The notes below the pieces were generated by a model that searched no databases, was not told the DNA's origin, and saw only the letters and a list, made by a program, of their open reading frames with translations. This document shows positions 27,701 through 30,261 of a stretch of DNA of 30,261 bases, one piece after another (position 1 is the stretch's first letter; the number at the start of each line of letters is the position of its first letter). Both the position numbers and the translations under genes were made by a program. This stretch comes from Candidatus Undinarchaeales archaeon (GTDB taxonomy: Archaea > SpSt-1190 > JASMDC01), in contig JASMDC010000043.1 of assembly GCA_030753015.1 (NCBI GenBank), positions 1 to 30,261 on the forward strand. Direction: 5' to 3'.

Positions 27701-28558
27701 GGCCTTGACGAGGTCGGTGGCGGCCAACTTCCAGTCCTTCAGGCGGATGCGGTTCTTAGCAGCATGTGCCCAGAGGCCCGCCTTCTCCAGTAGGTCTGCG
27801 GACTTCTCGAACTCACCCAGCTTCTCGTAGCAGATGCCAGCCCCACGGAGGTCCTCGACCTCCTCGCAGAGGCGCACTGCCTTCTGCCATTGCTTCGCTC
27901 GCATGTAGTTGAGGGCTGCGCGTCCAGGGACCTTGGCGGCATTGAAGAGAGCAGCGGCATGCATCCATCGTTCGAGCCGCTCGGAAGCGACCGCCGCGTT
28001 CATGACATCGCCCGATTTCTTGAAGGCGACGAAGGCACCCTCCCACTCTCCTGCCAGGGCGTACTCCTCACCAGCAAGGTCCCACATGTTCCCCTGCTCA
28101 AAGCAGTCCGCGGCCTTGAGATGGTCACCCGTTGCTGCGTACACCTCACCGGCCTCGACCCAGGCGCGAGCCATTTCAAGGTGTCGTCCCGCTTCCTCCA
28201 GCCGTCCTAGCTTGCGAGCGAGCCGACCTGCCTCCAACCAGTCCTCGAGATGTACGAAAACACCAAGGAGCCGGTCAATCTTCCCGGCCTTCTCCCAGGC
28301 CCGTGCAGCCTTTTCCCAGCTGCGCGCCGATTCCCATGCATGTGCTGCCTTCTCCCAGTTACCGGCCTTCCAATGCTCATAGGCGGCTCGCTCCCAGGCA
28401 TCTCGTGCCCGGTTCGGGTGTTGGGCGGCGTCCCAGCAGCGACCGGCGTCCTCCCAGTTGTTGGCCTTCTCGTACAGGTTTGCGGCTTCAACGAACTCGC
28501 CCTGTCCCTCGGCCGTCCTGGCCCGACCAGCATCCCCGAAGAGGTTCTCGAGCACCAC
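24719..28558 (-). CDS. 1279-aa alpha-solenoid protein: ~60 13-residue helical repeats plus a C-terminal region of tandem HTH-like motifs
   Basis: Consensus A-G/E-x-W-x-x-A-A/G-x-x-F/Y-E-K over residues ~18-795. No signal peptide or TM. TATA-like element at ~28593-28601. Confidence 0.9.
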   Translation of the reverse strand: MVLENLFGDAGRARTAEGQGEFVEAANLYEKANNWEDAGRCWDAAQHPNRARDAWERAAYEHWKAGNWEKAAHAWESARSWEKAARAWEKAGKIDRLLGVFVHLEDWLEAGRLARKLGRLEEAGRHLEMARAWVEAGEVYAATGDHLKAADCFEQGNMWDLAGEEYALAGEWEGAFVAFKKSGDVMNAAVASERLERWMHAAALFNAAKVPGRAALNYMRAKQWQKAVRLCEEVEDLRGAGICYEKLGEFEKSADLLEKAGLWAHAAKNRIRLKDWKLAATDLVKAEHWARAAPCFEKCKLYPEAAEAWEKAKEWKKAGRIFAKVGDDLSAARNFERADEWGRAGVHYGKAGAWTKAGAALEKAADWKNAARCYENAEMWENAAHAFEEAGAWKEAAEDHLKAKASEKAGRSFFKAGKYERAVPLLKKAGERDLLAEAYEKLERWVDAGKLWQELEQMERAGTAFEKGEAYELAGECFENAELMEPAALAYNEAEEWDRAGRCFRATGLDLEAGRAFFKAKEWRDAGQSFRKVEEWDKAGDSFANAKSWHEAAESYERAQMLKEAGECYERADDYKDAAECMEQAGEIGDAAALYRKARVWNRAGECFMTVESHTDAAEMFDRARLPAKAAIAWEKAGALDKAADRYQVSGDHANEGRCLETIAEHARAAEAFLQANDLPAAARNLEAAGHLSRAGELLRELGKLEAAARCYSGAGEWILAGECHEDAKKPAKAGKCYEKACEWDRAGTCYETARKWAKAGSCFYQARLWERAGTCYAKAEDWDAACRSWIHAGLLRPVEDCIVRPERRRTLSWEVVREVLPLVTAVTASRGLNVAGTRVRRLADLGGVIEDRSEDAAEILHLKKVGAWLEREHPYLDVDRLLKMVEWERAGTMRGPLVGRALRGDIAREKDADCLKMCLFRSERGRLPNEVELFAVLRVPRDRLEGLLSGGFHAFVSPVELDTMALSKDEFKHLDVLSTRLVAELDPEDDAGTVALALDITMEVARKLLGFDRDLLDRPTDAGRGTAPVDKAAGKLVITIGGRIRGLPRRVLARRAGLGLGTLWRALSHLDSLKDVTVEPATLPKRRVNMIEKLLHDVAETRGGLKDVELEEVVALTGERPSLVAEALGYLDALDRDTETVRPSDISNKEATRLGEITDMALVVWDGAGPAPPFLDIAGKVDATLTDLRSALNLLDALSDLSVLEEDGKRVDNDELEALAMDVLEYLVGHPGSQPTVAVAAKALGSSPAQARSVLLYCRREAGVRALLDEAVRVDAEA

Positions 28559-28645
28559 GTATGACTACCTACACGTCATCTTCTGCATGAAGTTTTATAT
28601 GAATAAGGCACCGCTAAGCGTCCAAATCTGGCCCGGTTCCCCAGA

Positions 28646-28697
28646 TGTTCCATGTTGTTCCATGTCCCGTTCACTGTATTTATATATCCGGAACGGG
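28646..28697. promoter_or_regulatory. Tandem repeat plus a TATA box bracketed by an inverted repeat
   Basis: TGTTCCATGT x2 at 28646-28665. CCCGTTC (28666-28672) and GAACGGG (28691-28697) flank TTTATATA (28679-28686). Confidence 0.5.
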
Positions 28698-29218
28698 TGA
28701 ATACTTAAACGGCGTGCGTAGGGAACCGAGTCCCTCACGTAGACAAAAAAAGGCAACGACCGCTCTGACCACGTGCGTGCGATGCGCGCACTCGACCACG
28801 ATTACTGGCACCACAACGATGTCGATGGTGCCCGGTCCCTCCACGCCTCCCCAGAGGCCCGCACTGAAAACGCCTTCCCCCTCCCCAACCCCGACGACGG
28901 TTGGTGACTCGGCGTGGGCCTCATTGTATCCTTTTTCTACCGGAGACCCACCGTATAACCTAATATTGGATGGTCACTCTCCATCCCACCCATGGCCCTC
29001 ACACCCTCCGATGACCGCTAGCGTCACATCGTTCGGTATTCACAGGCCGATACTATCAGCGGATTGTTGGATATGTTCCCGGAACTTGTCATCGAGGACA
29101 CCGTGTATGGTAGCTTCGGGAAGACCGGTGGCGCTCTCTGTCCGGGAGGATCAGTAGGTGCCATCGTGGGCATATGCGTTGCGCTGACTTTGTCTCCGTC
29201 GACAGGCTCGCATAAGCA

Positions 29219-29941
29219 CTAGATGTACTTCTCGTGGACCTGGAGACCCTTCTCCGAAATGGTGTAATTGAACCTGACGGTCGGGTGGTCCGTATAGCGC
29301 ATCTTGCGCACGAGGATCGTAGGATTCAGGTCATAGTCCCGTTCCTCGAACTTCAGCACGATCACGCCATCGGAGATGAAGCTCTCCACACCGAACCGGT
29401 CCACGGCGCTGGATCCTTCCTCCACCTCGACGGTGAGCAGGGTAGTGACCTCCTGTTCCTTAAGGTAGTCACAGAACCTGAAGAGGTCGAACCGGAACTC
29501 CGCGGTGTCCTCGTACCGGAACGCGACCGCTGTGAGCGAGTCGAGCACGACCCGCTTGATACCGAATCCTTCGATGTAGGTACCAATGAGCTTTGTGAGG
29601 TGCTCGAGGTCGAGGATACCGCCACGCGCCCGTTCCTCGGACGTCCCAATCACCTTTCGCAGGGCCGCGCCGTCGACGATCTGGAAGCGCTCGTCGAACA
29701 CAGAGGTATCGAGGTTCATACTGTTGATGACCTTCATCAGGTTCTCACTGCGCTCGTCCAGGGTGATATAGAGCCCGGGCTCGCCATTGAGGGCACCGTG
29801 GTAGAGGTACTGGAGTCCAAGGAATGTCTTCCCGGCCCCCGTGCTGCCGGACACCAGAACGATGTTTCCTTCAGGGATCCCCCCATCAAGGAGGGTATCA
29901 AGCCCCTTCACGCCAGTAGCGATCCGCTTCATCTCTACCAT
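29219..29941 (-). CDS. Single-domain KaiC/RAD55-like RecA-family ATPase
   Basis: TGVKGLD.LL.GGIP, Walker A GSTGAGKT, YITLDE, RVVLDSL, DGVI.L, VRKMR. TATA-like TATTTAAAT at 29975-29983. Confidence 0.93.
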   Translation of the reverse strand: MVEMKRIATGVKGLDTLLDGGIPEGNIVLVSGSTGAGKTFLGLQYLYHGALNGEPGLYITLDERSENLMKVINSMNLDTSVFDERFQIVDGAALRKVIGTSEERARGGILDLEHLTKLIGTYIEGFGIKRVVLDSLTAVAFRYEDTAEFRFDLFRFCDYLKEQEVTTLLTVEVEEGSSAVDRFGVESFISDGVIVLKFEERDYDLNPTILVRKMRYTDHPTVRFNYTISEKGLQVHEKYI

Positions 29942-30019
29942 GGTAACCGTCCACCGAGGGCAACACCCTCGGATTATTTAAATCAAACCTCAGCGTTCCG
30001 CCCGCGTACGGGAAAGAGG

Positions 30020-30259
30020 TCACTCATTATCGAGCTGGGCCGCGCTCACACCAAGTCCCCTGAGGGCCGTGAGGGCCTGTTCTCCGAGGTCGCTCTCGGC
30101 GTCGATTCTGTACACCTTCTTGAAGGATTCGATGGCATAGTCGTACCAGCCTTTATCCTTGTATATGAAGGCAAGGTTGCTCCAGCCGATGGCGTACTTC
30201 TCGTTGATACCGACCGTCCTATTGTAACATTCGATGGCCTGCTGCGCATCGTCCTTGTT
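30020..30259 (-). CDS. TPR-repeat protein, 3' part only (runs off the window end)
   Basis: Manual translation: NKDDAQQAIECYNRTVGINEKYAIGWSNLAFIYKDKGWYDYAIESFKKVYRID...DNE*. Canonical TPR pattern. Not in the ORF track. Confidence 0.85.
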   Translation of the reverse strand, partial: NKDDAQQAIECYNRTVGINEKYAIGWSNLAFIYKDKGWYDYAIESFKKVYRIDAESDLGEQALTALRGLGVSAAQLDNE

Positions 30260-30261
30260 CT

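Noticed and set aside
26170-28500. CRISPR-like or DNA tandem array suggested by 39-bp periodicity
   Set aside because: The periodicity is at protein level. The nucleotide units are diverged, with no identical repeat-spacer structure.
28645-29157. 170-aa plus-strand ORF in the large intergenic gap
   Set aside because: Pro/Ser/Thr-rich with atypical codon usage, starts upstream of the TATA box, and has no recognisable motif.
28600-29218. Replication origin, RNase P RNA or SRP RNA
   Set aside because: No cdc6/orc1 or clear ORB boxes, no GAGGAAAGUCC RNase P motif, and no SRP helix-8 motif on either strand.
28992-29222. Plus-strand frame with an in-frame TAG (possible pyrrolysine readthrough)
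   Set aside because: The product is unrecognisable, and there are no pyl genes or other recoding evidence. TAG is used as a normal stop elsewhere in the window.
29219-29941. Circadian clock system
   Set aside because: A single-domain KaiC-like ATPase, common in archaea, with no kaiA or kaiB nearby.

Overview
GC-rich archaeal chromosomal segment. Evidence for archaeal origin: TATA-box promoters ~24-26 nt upstream of short or leaderless starts, GGTGA/GGAGG Shine-Dalgarno (SD) sites, DUF460, FrhB-like, KaiC/RAD55-like and DUF4443 genes, and a tRNA without encoded CCA. The lineage cannot be fixed from this window. Left to right: two secreted or membrane-anchored proteins; aldehyde dehydrogenase; a lipoprotein; a small Cys-rich protein; a CruA/CruP-like flavoprotein; an eroded ~2.2 kb tandem duplication giving two DUF3592 genes plus gene remnants; a C13 peptidase; DUF460; three different radical SAM genes around a three-repeat surface protein; a btuFCD-like ABC importer followed by a wHTH-DUF4443 gene; a thiL/frhB-like pair; a three-gene type II/IV secretion ATPase operon lacking platform and pilin genes; tRNA-Arg(TCT); a 1279-aa protein of ~60 13-residue helical repeats plus tandem HTH-like motifs; a 660-bp hairpin-rich region with no convincing ORF; a KaiC-like ATPase; and a partial TPR gene. 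No CRISPR array, integrase or transposase was seen. Family calls come from motifs recognised by eye, not database searches.
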